From positions 94,862,001 through 94,926,000 of the forward strand of contig OZ076409.1 in the NCBI GenBank assembly GCA_964187785.1: 64,000 nucleotides of DNA, written 5' to 3'. This DNA is from Amphiscolops sp. MND2022 (lineage: Eukaryota). Below the pieces are notes generated by a model. That model made no database searches, was not told the origin of the DNA, and saw nothing but the letters and a program-made list of their open reading frames with translations. Below are positions 32,057 through 43,759 of the stretch, in pieces. The position numbers and the translations under genes were made by a program. Each line of letters begins with the position of its first letter. The first letter of the stretch is position 1.

Positions 32057-32626
32057 CTATTGTTTGGAACAGCCTACACACAAACGCTCAAGTTTGGAGT
32101 CAACTTTTGATTGGTTTGCATTGCGCCTACTCTCTAACCACTGATAAGCAACAGCAGTTTTCAATTTGCTGCAATGCCAGAAATGTTGTTGTTGACTATT
32201 CCATGGGAGAAAGTTTGCGTGGTTACCACAAGAAACCACAGCATTAACACATAAATGTTTAATTGGGGGACAACCAAGCCTTTGCAAAATGTAAACTTTT
32301 TAAAAATAGTTGGAGATAAATGCTCTCTTCACGTGTCCGTCGACAAAAACAATTGCGTTGGGAAAACGAAGTCGTAAACTGGCCAAATAATTATGGATAG
32401 AAGTGTAAGGGTAAACGCCACTGTCCCAGTCAATACCGTGTATTCTTTTTGTTAAGAATATTATCGAGTCGCGGTTAATAGTTGAAATTGTGGAAAAGGC
32501 TTGAGGAGGTTTAAAAAGTAGGGTTTCTTGATAATTTTTACTGTGAACGCTCAGCTCTTTAACGATAAGACCGTTGTAGTCAAACCCTTCAAAGTCAATA
32601 ACAAGAATTTCGTTCTCATTCAACAT
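32057..32626 (-). pseudogene. DEDD exonuclease, element B; frameshift ~32300
   Basis: LVIDFEGF..VKELSV, HGIDWDSG, LRFPNA; then L..LGCP..C..H...HCSKLK in another frame. Confidence 0.8.
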
Positions 32627-33035
32627 TCCAATTCACGGAACCATAGGCTTGTGCTGAATATTTGAGTTTCAAAATGCTCCAGAGAGGGCGAACTGAGCAT
32701 GACCAAAACTTTTGCAATCTGGTTCTTCTATCCAAGCAGTCACACACGTCACTAAACGTCCCCATAAGCTCTTGCGAGTCGCGAACAATCACAAATAATC
32801 TGTACACTTTGCAATACTTGTAGAAAATTTCACATTTGATTTCTGGTTCTTCTTTCAGCAAATATTTCAAATGGCCCAAAGTAATGTTGTTGAAGTTGCA
32901 ATTTTTTAGATATACCAAACAAAAACTTAGCACATACTTTTGATAAGTTTCGAATTTGTCCGAATTGTCTAATGAAAGTCTATGAAAAGTTTGCTGCACT
33001 TTTACAACGTCTAATTTTTGGGGGTCCATTTCCAA
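32616..33035 (-). CDS. Conserved terminal Polinton ORF (start uncertain)
   Basis: Homologue of 13446..13805. Confidence 0.65.
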   Translation of the reverse strand: MEMDPQKLDVVKVQQTFHRLSLDNSDKFETYQKYVLSFCLVYLKNCNFNNITLGHLKYLLKEEPEIKCEIFYKYCKVYRLFVIVRDSQELMGTFSDVCDCLDRRTRLQKFWSCSVRPLWSILKLKYSAQAYGSVNWNVE

Positions 33036-33269
33036 TTTTGATTCTCGATTCTCAGCATTCCTTCCTGCTGCTGATATTTGCTTTATAATGAATTTTTATC
33101 AAAACACGTTCGTAACATCAGACGAATAATGCATTCGAACAAAACTGTACATAAATTTCACACCCTCTCGTACCCTATTAAACTTTGGTGTGAATTATAC
33201 GACAAACTAGATTACTTTTTATTGGCCGATCGATCGCTTGACACAACAATACTACAACCCGACTTAGTT

Positions 33270-33629
33270 GTTGTACCAGTATTAGTCAATCCAGCTTTAC
33301 AATTCAATTACAACAAAATTTCAAGGTTAGTACTTTCCAAACTTTCAGACATTCAAAGAATAAACAAGAGTGTCTACGCTTTTACATGTACTTTCGCAAA
33401 AATCCGATTCCAAAAACGAATACAAAAAGAATCCAAAAAACGAATACAAAAAAAATCCGACCAATAATTTACTTTCGTAGTCAAAAGCCGAAGTATTTCC
33501 GAACACCAATTTGGAAGGACCCCTTCCTTTTAGGGATAGGTCCTAAAATTTCAGAGCAAGGACCCACCCCGTGAAAACCGAGGACCCCCCCCCCCCCCCG
33601 TTGAAAGGCCGGCGGAAATCTTAACTACT
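33270..33629 (-). repeat. Right TIR of Polinton B
   Basis: Ends ..GGCGGAAATCTTAACTACT, followed by TSD CAAGAT. Confidence 0.95.
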
Positions 33630-34454
33630 CAAGATAACGGAATATCAGGGTTGGCAAAAACAGTTTATCATATTAATCAAACAAACTGTTTATGGAAAAA
33701 AACACGTTTTTAATGTTTTTATTTTTCTGAAAAAGAGCTTAGATGAAAACACCAGTAGATTTTAAAATTCTTCAATTTAACTGAAAAACATGCAATCGAA
33801 CAGAGCAATTTAATGGTTCTGTTGAGCAGAAAAGTAAACTAAAATTGATCAATAGCAGAACAACTCAATATTTATGACAGCAACTCGATTCTTATGAACA
33901 AAAACAGTCACTTTCAAGGGGTTATAATGTTTAAAAACGTCTTTTATACGTGTTTTAAAACGTATTTTATACCCATGTTTTAAAAAAAGTTTCAAAACAA
34001 CCGATCCTTTGTAATGTATAACACAGGGTTTTTACATCGCTAATCGCTAAACCACTGATTTCAACATCGCTATTTCGCTGAAGAGCTTTTTTCTGCGAAC
34101 TATTGAATGTTTAACTTCAAGTATGTTGTAAAAGAACTTCATTCGCTTTTTGCAAGAAAAAACTAGAATTTTTCATACTGTCTGGGTTTTACAAGGGTAA
34201 ACATGGAATTTTCGAAATTCATTTTGAAACTCCATGTAAGCTGTGAGGAAATTTTGAATTTGGACGACCTATTGGAAAAAGATTGGCTGCATTTCACGTA
34301 ACAGTATCCTTTCTGCTTCTGGAGAAAATTTTCGTATATGAATGATCAATTTCAATTCGTGAAAACAAACCTGAAAACAACGCCCGATTTCCAATATTGC
34401 GTATTTTTTTTTCAACAATGCAGCATTTTCAAAACATTAGAAAGCATAAGAAAA

Positions 34455-34731
34455 ACGGCAACAGCCCAATTCAGCCCCCCGCTTAAGGTTCAAAAATAAA
34501 GACATTTTTGGACTCTACTCGGATACAAAAAAATCTGAAAGGTCTCGAAGTACCAAAACTTACCCAAAGGGGGACCTAAATGGGGACCTTTGGCCTAAAT
34601 GGGGACGTTTTCGATCTTGGGTCAAAAGTCTTTACATACGTTGTAAAGTATGCCCACTTTTAATCTGTATGATGGGTCTTGAGAAAGTAGTCACCGTGAT
34701 AGTTCACATTTCTTTTTGAAAAGCTCCGACT
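34455..34731 (-). mobile_element. Degenerate HINE-like element, family 1
   Basis: Decayed termini (..CTTAAGGTTCAAAA and GAAAAGCTCCGACT) matching 42984..43451. Confidence 0.5.
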
Positions 34732-35224
34732 GAAATGCGTTGTTTCGATAGGTGACGACTATTCATTGCGCCGAAAAACGAAATGGCGCCAAAATTAAAT
34801 TCTTTGCCACGTAGACTAATTAATTCAAGATCAGCAATTATTTTCATAATGGTTGCATGACTCAGCATTCCTCCTTCCGCGGGCGGCGCTTCGGGCCGCC
34901 ACTCCAGGTCGAACGAACCTCGTCAAAACCAGTAGCTGGTCAAGCAATGGCACGACGTTTCGCATCACTCCTGCTTTTAGGGGTAGGTGTTTAGGGGCAT
35001 AGCTGATTACATTATCGTAATTAGTTCGACGCCGCTAAGTAACATACATTCAACAATTTAATTCTTTCATATTTCAATTTCCAACCAACCAGAAGCGCTT
35101 TTCGATAATTATTTTTCGGCGCGATGAATAGCTTGGGACATTTTCGGAGCGTGGGAATCCGCCCGCCGTTTCGATTCAGTTTGAGGAGAAAGAACTCAAG
35201 TGAATGAGTGAGTGAGTGTATTAC

Positions 35225-35355
35225 GTGTTTGGATGTTTGCAGCGCAGACAGTTGGTGCAGCGAGGCGTAGGGCAGCCACATGGTGCCGTTGCTGTATATC
35301 TGCACGGGGTACCCCACAGACGCCACATTCACCATTCGGGGCAGCAATTCGGCCT
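35225..35355 (-). CDS. AVL9: AVL9 exon (5' boundary approximate)
   Basis: GYPVQIYSNGTMWLPYASLHQLSAL matches AVL9 GMPLAIF.KG..LPYMALQQ. The phase-0 donor CAC|GTAATA joins the 15883 acceptor. Confidence 0.75.
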
Positions 35356-35556
35356 CTATCGGCAGAAGTCACAGAGTACTACCAATATTGCATACCATCT
35401 GTATAGATCACATACCTGCACCTTTAATTTTTTAAAAATTTTATGATGATTATGTTGGATTATATAAGCGTTCAAATCAAGAAAATGAAACATTCAACTT
35501 TCAATGCTTCTCAGAATTTTATCCAAAAACCTTCGATCAAGACCATTCCAATTTTT

Positions 35557-36423
35557 ACACAGAGGCGAAGCCGTGCTTCGCAAACACTTGCGAACTTTTG
35601 AAGAAAACCAAATAAGCAATATCATACGGAGAACCAAGGGTAAAAGGACATCGTTGAAATTTCATCAATTTTACAGCGCCAAAAAATACCTGAAGGGATA
35701 CGCATATGTCTCGAAAAGCATTCTTCCCCAACGGGAAACAGCAAAAAACCCATCTTTCTCAACGGAAAAGCTTTTAAAAAACAGAAAATTGAGGGAAAAA
35801 ACGTTTGAAATTTTTCGAAAAATTTTTTTGATGAAGGTCTCCGGTTAAGTCGCATAGTGTCGAAAACCTTGAAGGGTCCTTTACGCTCGCAAAACGTTTC
35901 GTTTCTTGTAACAATTAAGGAGGGGCTTCGATGAAAATTTTTTAAAAAAGTCGCATAAAAAACACCGGTCTTGAAAAAAAAACAAAAATCGGATATAGGG
36001 TGCTGGGCCTGAGAAAACCTAATTTTTAGACGAAAATTATTCCTTTTGAAAAATCTCAATGTCGAAAACTGTAAAAAGGGGGGCTTTGAGATTTTTTAAA
36101 CATCCATTCTGTTGCAAAATTTCAAAAAATTGAAGGGAGGACCCTTTAGGGACATTAAAAAATTTTCGAAAAAAGTCTCACAAAGCCGAAAAGGGGGGAA
36201 GTCTCATAGTGCCAAGAAAAGTGAGAACCTTCTGCTTCGGAATACTTGTAAAAAATTAGCGCATACGCACGGGTTCGAACACGAAACTCTGGGTTGAAAA
36301 GCAAGCATCTTACCACTAGACCACGAACGCCTGAACTATGCGACTTGCGGGCTGAAACGAGAGGGTTGTCGCCCGGAAAAAAAGCACCCGCACTTTCCCA
36401 TAACACTTGCTTATCGCAAGTGT
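35557..36423 (-). mobile_element. Helentron/HINE-like non-autonomous element, family 2
   Basis: One end has hairpin ACACTTGC-TTATC-GCAAGTGT; the other has subTIR ACACTTGCGA plus hairpin GCGAAGC-CGT-GCTTCGC. Second copy at 63152..64000. tRNA-like segment at 36260-36330. Confidence 0.7.
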
Positions 36424-37819
36424 AATTATTGGGAATTTTGAAGCGGCGCTAACATACAACTAATTTTTATTGGTCGATTCACTTAATGTGTAAAGTTGAT
36501 CCACTTAAAGTAAAACTTGTGTATATAGTCATTTTATCGAGTAAATATTCTATTGGTAGTTCCTGTCAGTAGTTCTGGCGTGTCGGCGACATCCAGCCAA
36601 TTGTCACTGTTCCTTATTGCACTTTCCTTATTTGGTAACTTACACGGGGAGGACTCGTCCCTCGAGGTAGCTTCGTCCAGGACAATACTCCCCACATCAA
36701 CTGCATCACCACGGGAGCGCAAGTTATGGCCAAATACTTCATTCGGCATTTCTATAGTCACCGGAATTCTGTATGCAACAGGTTTTTGGCCAGAAAAAAA
36801 TCTGTTTTTTGAAATAGATCCTAGTGTCAACGTTTAATCCTCGTTCCGTTTTTTTTTAAAAAAAATAAATGTTTCGAAAACAGGAACAGTTCCTTTCAAA
36901 AAGAGAAAAAGGGATCGGCATAATTCAATACCACAGCTCAAGGTTCAACGATAGCAGCCTCTAAAACTCAGGTTTGGTTCTAAAGAAGTTTTTAAAATCT
37001 TACAGTACCAAAAATCCAAAAGGGATTTTGGATCCTAATTATAAAATTCACAAAAAAGGGGCAGTGGCACCACGATATTTTTGTTCACTGTTACAAGACC
37101 CCTTTAGAAGAAAACATTTATACATGCTCAAGAACAATTATTGAGAAAACTCTCAAGAATCCCAAAAAAACAAAGATGTAATCCTTGAGACTTGAAAAAC
37201 GCTTTTCATTAACTGCAAACCCCCCCCCAAAAAAACCAAAAAAGGGATACTCTACGCTTTTTCCTTGGTAAAAAGGTCAAAAAAAATATATAAGGGGACC
37301 CCTTTGGTAAAAAACCGCCGAGTGCCGTAAAAACCCTCAGAGGGGACTCTTTGGTCTCGCCTACCTTTGCAAACAATCAAAAATTAAGCACATCGCGGGA
37401 TTCGAACCCACGTGAAAAAACCCAATTCGGTCAAGATTTTATACAAGTTTTCAAAAAAATGACCAATTTCATTAGATTGCGCACCAGTGTCTTGGTCCAA
37501 TCCCCTCTCAGCTGACAAGCTGCAGCCATGCTGGAGTTTCTGATTCGAGTCATTTTCCTCATTTGAGGAGGAATGTCTCTGAGTGAAATTGGCGATATTA
37601 CAAGAGGCTGTCTGATGAATTTGACCATTGGACGAAGACAGCTGCACTTCGACGGGCTTCATTTCAACCATGGTTGTCAAAAATTGGAGATGTTATCAAC
37701 CATTTTATAAACTATTTCAGCATTTGAACCAAAATCTGAACAATACTATTCAGTATAAAATGGTTCTTCTGTGATTTGAATTATTAATTTAAAAACTAAT
37801 TCAATGATTCCACCTTTTC

Positions 37820-38420
37820 TAAAATAGGCCCCTCCCTCCGGGGCACACTACTATTTCTGCTTTAATCTTTCATTAATAATAGAATCATATCTGGAATACC
37901 AATACACTCCTGTTTAATCATTGTTTAGCGCACAATTAAGCACTATACCAGTTTATACCGCCTTTAAATCTGTTAAAAAAATCTGTACATGTAAATATCA
38001 TCAAGTATTTCTTTCTAGAATCAATTTCTGATTAGAATCAATTCAGTCTTTTAGTAGTAATATTAGTAAATCTAAATCCGACTAAAGCAAATATATATTT
38101 GAATGCAGGCGAAGCTCTCCGCGAAAGTATAATTAACACTCATTCGCTTCATCTCAAAAACTCGGGGCAAGGAAAGCACAATTACGAACATTCGCTCGCT
38201 TCATCTCAATGACGTCAGCATACGAACGGATAATTACCACTCGCTCGTTCCATCGCACTAGAATTGAATTGTTGTCGGCAGCTTGAAAAATTTATTTCCC
38301 ACGCTTACAGTCACTGCCGAACAAAATATCTGAATTATTCAGTATCGTCCAAAAAATTGTACTGAAAAAAAGTAGAAAGTTTGAGGTTACAATAATATTC
38401 CTGCTAAAGCAGAAATATTA
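37820..38420. repeat. Dispersed repeat family 3
   Basis: Strongly similar to ~59625-60070 (ATTTCTGCTTTAATCTTTCATTAATAATAGAATCATATCTGGAATACC..) and partly to ~62820-63010. Confidence 0.8.
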
Positions 38421-39186
38421 ATAAATAGAAATCATTTTTGGGCGCGTGAGTTCCGAACTTTTCCTGACATGATCTTGGCGACAGGTTTACCGAACCCCCA
38501 GCGAAGTTGTGGAAGTTTGATGAATGTTGAAGAAACAGGAAAAAAAACATAATAAAACATCAGAGGAGCATCTGCTATGCGAAAAAAACATTTGATTTTG
38601 TTTAAATATAATATGTAAAAGAATTGGTATTCAATAGAGTATTCAGAGAAATTCAAATAGTTTCATCATTGTTTTGGTAGTGACTTCTGAGGGAAAAAAT
38701 CATTTCTTGAAATGAATATAATCACCACTAGCATTTTTAGTTGGCGCTTTTCGTAGAAAACGCAGACTATAGCAGTGACTTTTCTTTATTTTAAGACCAA
38801 CGAAGTGACAGATTTTATAAGTTTTATAAGCTGACTTGCACTACGGCTTGTTACTAAACTATTTCAGCATTTGAACCAAAGTCAGTTTAGTTATTCCATC
38901 AACTTCTTTCCATTTATTGGGAGGGGGAGGTGGTTATAATTCGGACTACTGCCAGATAACTGCCTTAATCATAACGCAATACTTTCGCAATGAGCACATT
39001 AAGTTCAATGCCTTTGAAAACAGTTTCGACTTGGCCCATTCGTTGACTTGTTCGTAATAGAATAGCGCAAAAAGGTTTGCATCAACTTTTTGGCGAGACA
39101 AACCCATATTCATGCTTATCTGTTTTCTATTTCCATTCATCGTTTCGTTCACTATTTTTAGTTTGAGGTGAGGAGGTTTGAACAAC

Positions 39187-39386
39187 CTTGGTTTGAAGTA
39201 AATCAGACTCTGATTTGGAAGTTTGGATAAGAGAAGGTTGAAGTTTGCCATTGGGCTGATAAGAAGAAGAATGTGTGTAGTTGGGAATGTTTTGCATCCG
39301 GATTTGTTCGTAGTCGCTTTCGTCTATCCCGAATTGCTTCAGGTCTATATCTTCACTGAATGACTCATTGCTCCTTTTTGCTGCAT
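39187..39386 (-). CDS. AVL9: Probable AVL9 exon (low-complexity insert region)
   Basis: TTTGTTTCAG acceptor in phase 1 matches the upstream GTGAGT donor; open frame; donor position tentative. Confidence 0.5.
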
Positions 39387-39709
39387 CTGAAACAAAGATC
39401 CAGGAATGTCCATTTATTTCCCGTAGAATCACCGCCGATTGACATTAAAAGCAAAACGCAAAAATCGGCCCCACTTTCATTGAAAGTCAGAAAATCGAAA
39501 TCGAGGAAGCAGACGAAAATGTTTATCATTTCTTCGATGTTGAATAAAAATGAAAAAAAAAACATGAAAACAAAAAACGGCGATTATCCAATATTCCTTC
39601 GGTATAACATTTTTTGCTCGGTCGTAAGTAAAACTAGCGTTTAGTGTAGCATTCCAGCTTATGCATTTTCATTGCCATTCAAACGGAACAGTAGTCTGTG
39701 GGCACTCAC

Positions 39710-39886
39710 TGTTGTAAGGTGTGTTTGAGCAGCAGTGACAGTTTGAGAGCCCCTTTGGGAGCATTTTGGGGAAAAGGGCACAAATGCTGAGCATGAGTTG
39801 TCCAATAGGAAGAGCGCGCGGTCCGTAAAACACTATCCGCGGCTGCAAAAGCACCAGTTTAAACAGAAGAAGTATTTTGGAAGCAC
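39710..39886 (-). CDS. AVL9: AVL9 exon
   Basis: KILLLFKLVLLQPRIVFY..LSICALFPKMLPKGLSNC matches AVL9 KVLILFKLILLEKKVLFY..SLFPGMIEHGLSDC. TTTCAG / GTGAGT sites. Confidence 0.9.
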
Positions 39887-42102
39887 CTGAAACATACAAA
39901 CATTAGGGCAAATGTTCAACTCGTTTTTTTAGAAGGAAAATTCCGGATTTTCCCACATCGTCATTTAACATACAAACCACAGAAAAGTTTCCTTCAAAAG
40001 CTGTTTTCTTTTTTCTCATCAACTAAAAACCCCTTCAGTTTAGTTTTTCATTGTGTTTTCTGGCAAAATGGGTCTAATCAATGTGAAGTAACTATTGATT
40101 TTTCCATGAACATTTTCAAATGATTTTTACAGATTTGCAGGCATGCTCAAACAAAATGAACAACGTTTTTTCGAGCGGAAAACGAACTGGAAGGTCTACG
40201 CGTATCCATTCGTTGCAACAGGAGCTGACTGTGGTCATAGACTCAGAACAATGAATATACTGTAATAAATGGATTGGCTTGTAAAATATGATTTGGACTG
40301 AAATTAAATTAGCTCGAAACCCGACTTATTTTGGAGGTAATCAAAAAATGTTTGACCAAATAATCAAATTTGTGATAAAACTTCAGAATCGGTTTTGAAA
40401 ACAATTTTGTAGCTTTGTGATATCACCTTCAACAACTTGTATTTACTACTAAATCCTAATCTAGGTGCAACTTTTTGCAAATTTACATGTCTCACAGGCC
40501 CAGTTCTGCAATTTTGTATCATTGACAGAAACTAATCCATCCACTAATGACGATATTATGTTTTGTTTTCAGAAAATTCAAGAAAAACTATAGTTATATA
40601 AGGGTTTCTCAAAACTGAATTCTATGTCCAATCTTAATACATTGCATTCAAGTTTCTTTCTCTGAAATGTCCTGTTCAAGAAGGTTTCCTTTCAAAGTTT
40701 GGCAAGAAAAATTATTTCAGTGGATACTTTTGTTGAAAAAGCGTCTGAAAGATTAAAAACGATTTTTTTCAACTCTCAGGGCTTTCGAAATTTGAACTAC
40801 AATAGATTCAAAACGAAATCAGCAATAAAAAGCATAGTTCCAAGTTTTTGTATATTGATCTCAGAATTTTCCAACAAAATGTTTGTAGTCAACAATTAAA
40901 AGTTAGTAAACATTTAGTTTCACAGTTTTCGAATCTACTTTTTTGTTCAGAAGATTTTGGTCTCCTTTAATCGAGTCCAAATCAATTTTTACAATCAGAG
41001 GTCCAATTAATTTATTACAGTATGGTACTGATTAACTTTATACACTACGCAGAATTACCTATTGACGTTGTCTCGCGTAACTTCAGCCGGTCAAACAGTT
41101 GACCTCCTCTAATTGGGACCCTCAATAATCGTGTCCGATCTAGACTCGAGACGAAACAATGAATACATGAAATTTCGTCTTATTCCATTTCAATCTATGC
41201 TTTTTCAAACGCTCGCATTTTCATCTTTCCGCGATTTCGACTAATCAATCCAAATTTGGTTGAGTTATTATTGAAGTTCAATAGTTAGTAATGAATCAAA
41301 CAGGCTTCGAAGGTGTCCTTCGTCCTTAGAACAACGACAACTGAAGATGAGGTGAGATTAGACCGTAAAGCAAACGGACTTTGGTACTCTGGTTTCTGTA
41401 GATTTTTGTTCTATGTCAAGCTTTTCAACCTGGTCGCTAGAACATGTCCCAAAGATGTCAACAAGGCATATGAAGTTCGTGAATCTCAAAAGAAACTCAA
41501 ACACGAGTCCAGGTAATAAATGTAGAAAAAATCAGTCTTTGCATGTACAGGTTGCGAAGGACCACCAGCCACGAAAGTAGCTCACACGAATAGCCACAAA
41601 AATCAACGAAAAAGGTTCAGAAAGCAAAGCCGACGCGATAAGCTACAATAGAACCACAGTGGCTGCTCACAGTGGCTGCAGGTTGACACGCCGCCAACAA
41701 GAAATCGTAGAGTCATCTATCAGTGCTATAGTCCACGAGGGAGGGCTGTCATAAATATGACAATCCCTCGGGTGCTTCCCATGAAACCAATTAATTTCCG
41801 ACGATCAATAAAATTTGTGAAACATTGGCCTAATTTATAAATTACTATCCATTTACCAAATGTTTTTCAAATTTATTTCATGGGACCGTTATTGAAGCTG
41901 TAAGGGCAGCGTACTGACATCCAAACTCTTGACACACCCTCCTTGTAATAAAGGCAAAAAATCTCTTATAGCAATTGTGAAACAGACACCCTCTTACTGA
42001 TACTTGGTATCAAATTATTAATCAGACCATCGACATTTAACACCCCCGGTTAAAAGAGACACCAATGTACTGGCGAACTTTCAAAAAAACGCACGGGCCC
42101 AC

Positions 42103-42307
42103 CTAAATCGCTGAAGAGTTGAGATAAAGGAAGTTGTTCATAGAGCAAATTTTCTAATCCATCTGCTTCGTTCGCACCAACATTTCTCACAGAAGAATCG
42201 TCCGACTGTTGTTTGTTTTCCTCGTTCTTCACTCTCGTCTCGGGACTGTAAGGCTTGGAAGCACTCGGAGATGACGCCAACATGAGTTTGATGTGTTCGA
42301 AACAAAC
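42103..42307 (-). CDS. AVL9: AVL9 exon
   Basis: TTTAG acceptor (phase 0) and GT donor (phase 1) fit both neighbouring exons. LLYEQLPLSQLF resembles AVL9 Y.GLS..L. Confidence 0.7.
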
Positions 42308-42983
42308 CTAAACAGTGAAAAAAGATCAAATGAAACGGATCCAACACTCAAACCTCCTGATCAATCAGTGTACAACAACTTCAAAATCCGATTCCAAAAC
42401 CAGTCGCTGCATCAGCGATGACTAGTTTCTGCTATGCTACATTTGAGGCTGCACTATAAATAGGTGATCCTGGCTAATCACGAAGGAGCAAAAGGGATAC
42501 GAAAGCCGCTTGGGCTAGTTGGTCTACAAGTGGTCTATTGGTATTGGTTAGCGCTAATTTTGGGAGCAGTAGGTTGTGGGTTCGAGTACCGCTAGGGTCC
42601 AATATTACTTGACAATTTCTCTTGAATGACAAACTATGTATTTTGTACTAATTTGTATTTTTCGGTACTGTGTGACTACTTTTCTCCATTTCACCAAAGG
42701 ACCCTTTTTGGTTTCTCAAATTTTTCTGTTTAAAAAGCTTTCCATGAGCCCCCCGAAGGGCCCTATTGAAATAATTTTGGCACAGCTAGATTTTCCAGAT
42801 GTCACTCGAAACGTCACTGAGCATAATTTAATAACTTTGCGTTCGAGCCTTGAGCGGGGCGCCCATTCTTGCTCCCGTCTTGTTTCAAGTTACATCTTGT
42901 ACTAGGTGCCTTGCACCCAAAAAGTCTTCTTGACTGTCTATTCTCGCCATATGGAAAATCTATCGATTTTTTTTCATTTTAAA

Positions 42984-43451
42984 CAAGACGGGAACGTCTA
43001 AAGTCGGCGCTATATCTAAGGCTCAAAAAGCGCAAGACTTTTGGAAAAAAAACTTGATTTTTTTTCTCATAAAACGTCGCATAGTGCCGAAAAATGTAAA
43101 AGGGAGGACCCTTTGGACTTTATTAACATATATTCTGTTGCAAAATATCAAAAAACTCGAAAGGGGGACTCTTTTGAGACATTAAAAAATTTTCGAAAAA
43201 AAAGTCGCACAACGCCGAAAAAAAAATCGAAAGGGGGGACATTAGTCTCGTCCGGTTTTGTAGGTTACGTTAAAATAGTAAAAAATGAAATACGGGACCC
43301 TTTTGCACTAATTTCCGCTGACCGGACTCGGTCTTATGCTAGTAGTTTCGATTGTAAGAAAAGTGGCCCAATCAGAGTGAGATTGTAGTTTGACGAAAAA
43401 AAAACTAGCCACTGTAAGAGTCGGGCACTTTTCACTAGAAAAGCGCCGACT
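42984..43451 (-). mobile_element. Helentron/HINE-like element, family 1 (complete)
   Basis: SubTIRs AGTCGGCGCT / AGCGCCGACT; end palindrome AGTCGGGCACTTTTC..GAAAAGCGCCGACT; terminal hairpin AGACG-GGAA-CGTCT; A-run flanks, no clear TSD. Confidence 0.75.
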
Positions 43452-43531
43452 AAAAATACCAGAAGAAACGAAGGTCGTGTGATGTCTGAGCTTCTAAGCT
43501 CTGAAGGTTAATCATTCAATGTTGTACTAAC

Positions 43532-43759
43532 CTCCAACATTGTTTCTGGTGTTTCCATCAGATTTTTATTGCTAGTAGAACTACTGGATTCACAAGGAGC
43601 AACCAGAGATGCTGTGTTTTCTGATTTCAGCCGGAGTTCTATTTGGTCGAAGAAAGCTTCAGTGACGAAACGCAGTTTGGATTCTAGTAAGGGGAATAGG
43701 GGTAAACTGGTGAGAATACAGACGCTTTTCTGGATAGATCCACGGGCCCCATCGCCAAC
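43532..43759 (-). CDS. AVL9: AVL9 exon 3
   Basis: RGSIQKSVCILTSLPLFPLLESKLRFVTEAFFDQ matches AVL9 R.TVQKSVCVLSKLPLYG.L..KL..IT.AYF. TTTCAG / GTTAGT sites, phase 0/0. Confidence 0.9.

Larger units (their letters stand above)
15939..33629 (-). mobile_element. Complete Polinton/Maverick element B (17,691 bp)
   Basis: TIRs 15939..16294 and 33270..33629 begin AGTAGTTAAGATTTCCGCCGGCC. Perfect 6-bp TSD CAAGAT at 15933-15938 and 33630-33635. Full core gene set. Confidence 0.97.

Noticed and set aside
15171..34270. Inverted hAT-like copies flanking element B as a composite transposon
   Set aside because: They enclose an AVL9 exon, are diverged and partial, and share no TSD; element B has its own TSD.
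34759..35131. 20-bp inverted repeat pair (CTATTCAT.GCGCCGAAAAA)
   Set aside because: Probably a MITE, but no TSD or second copy is visible to classify it.
36260..36330. Functional tRNA gene
   Set aside because: Anticodon and acceptor stems pair poorly and it lies inside a dispersed repeat.
36534..37735. Two further candidate AVL9 exons (~36545-36768 and ~37464-37735)
   Set aside because: Plausible low-complexity coding sequence, but I could not find phase-consistent splice sites; left unannotated.
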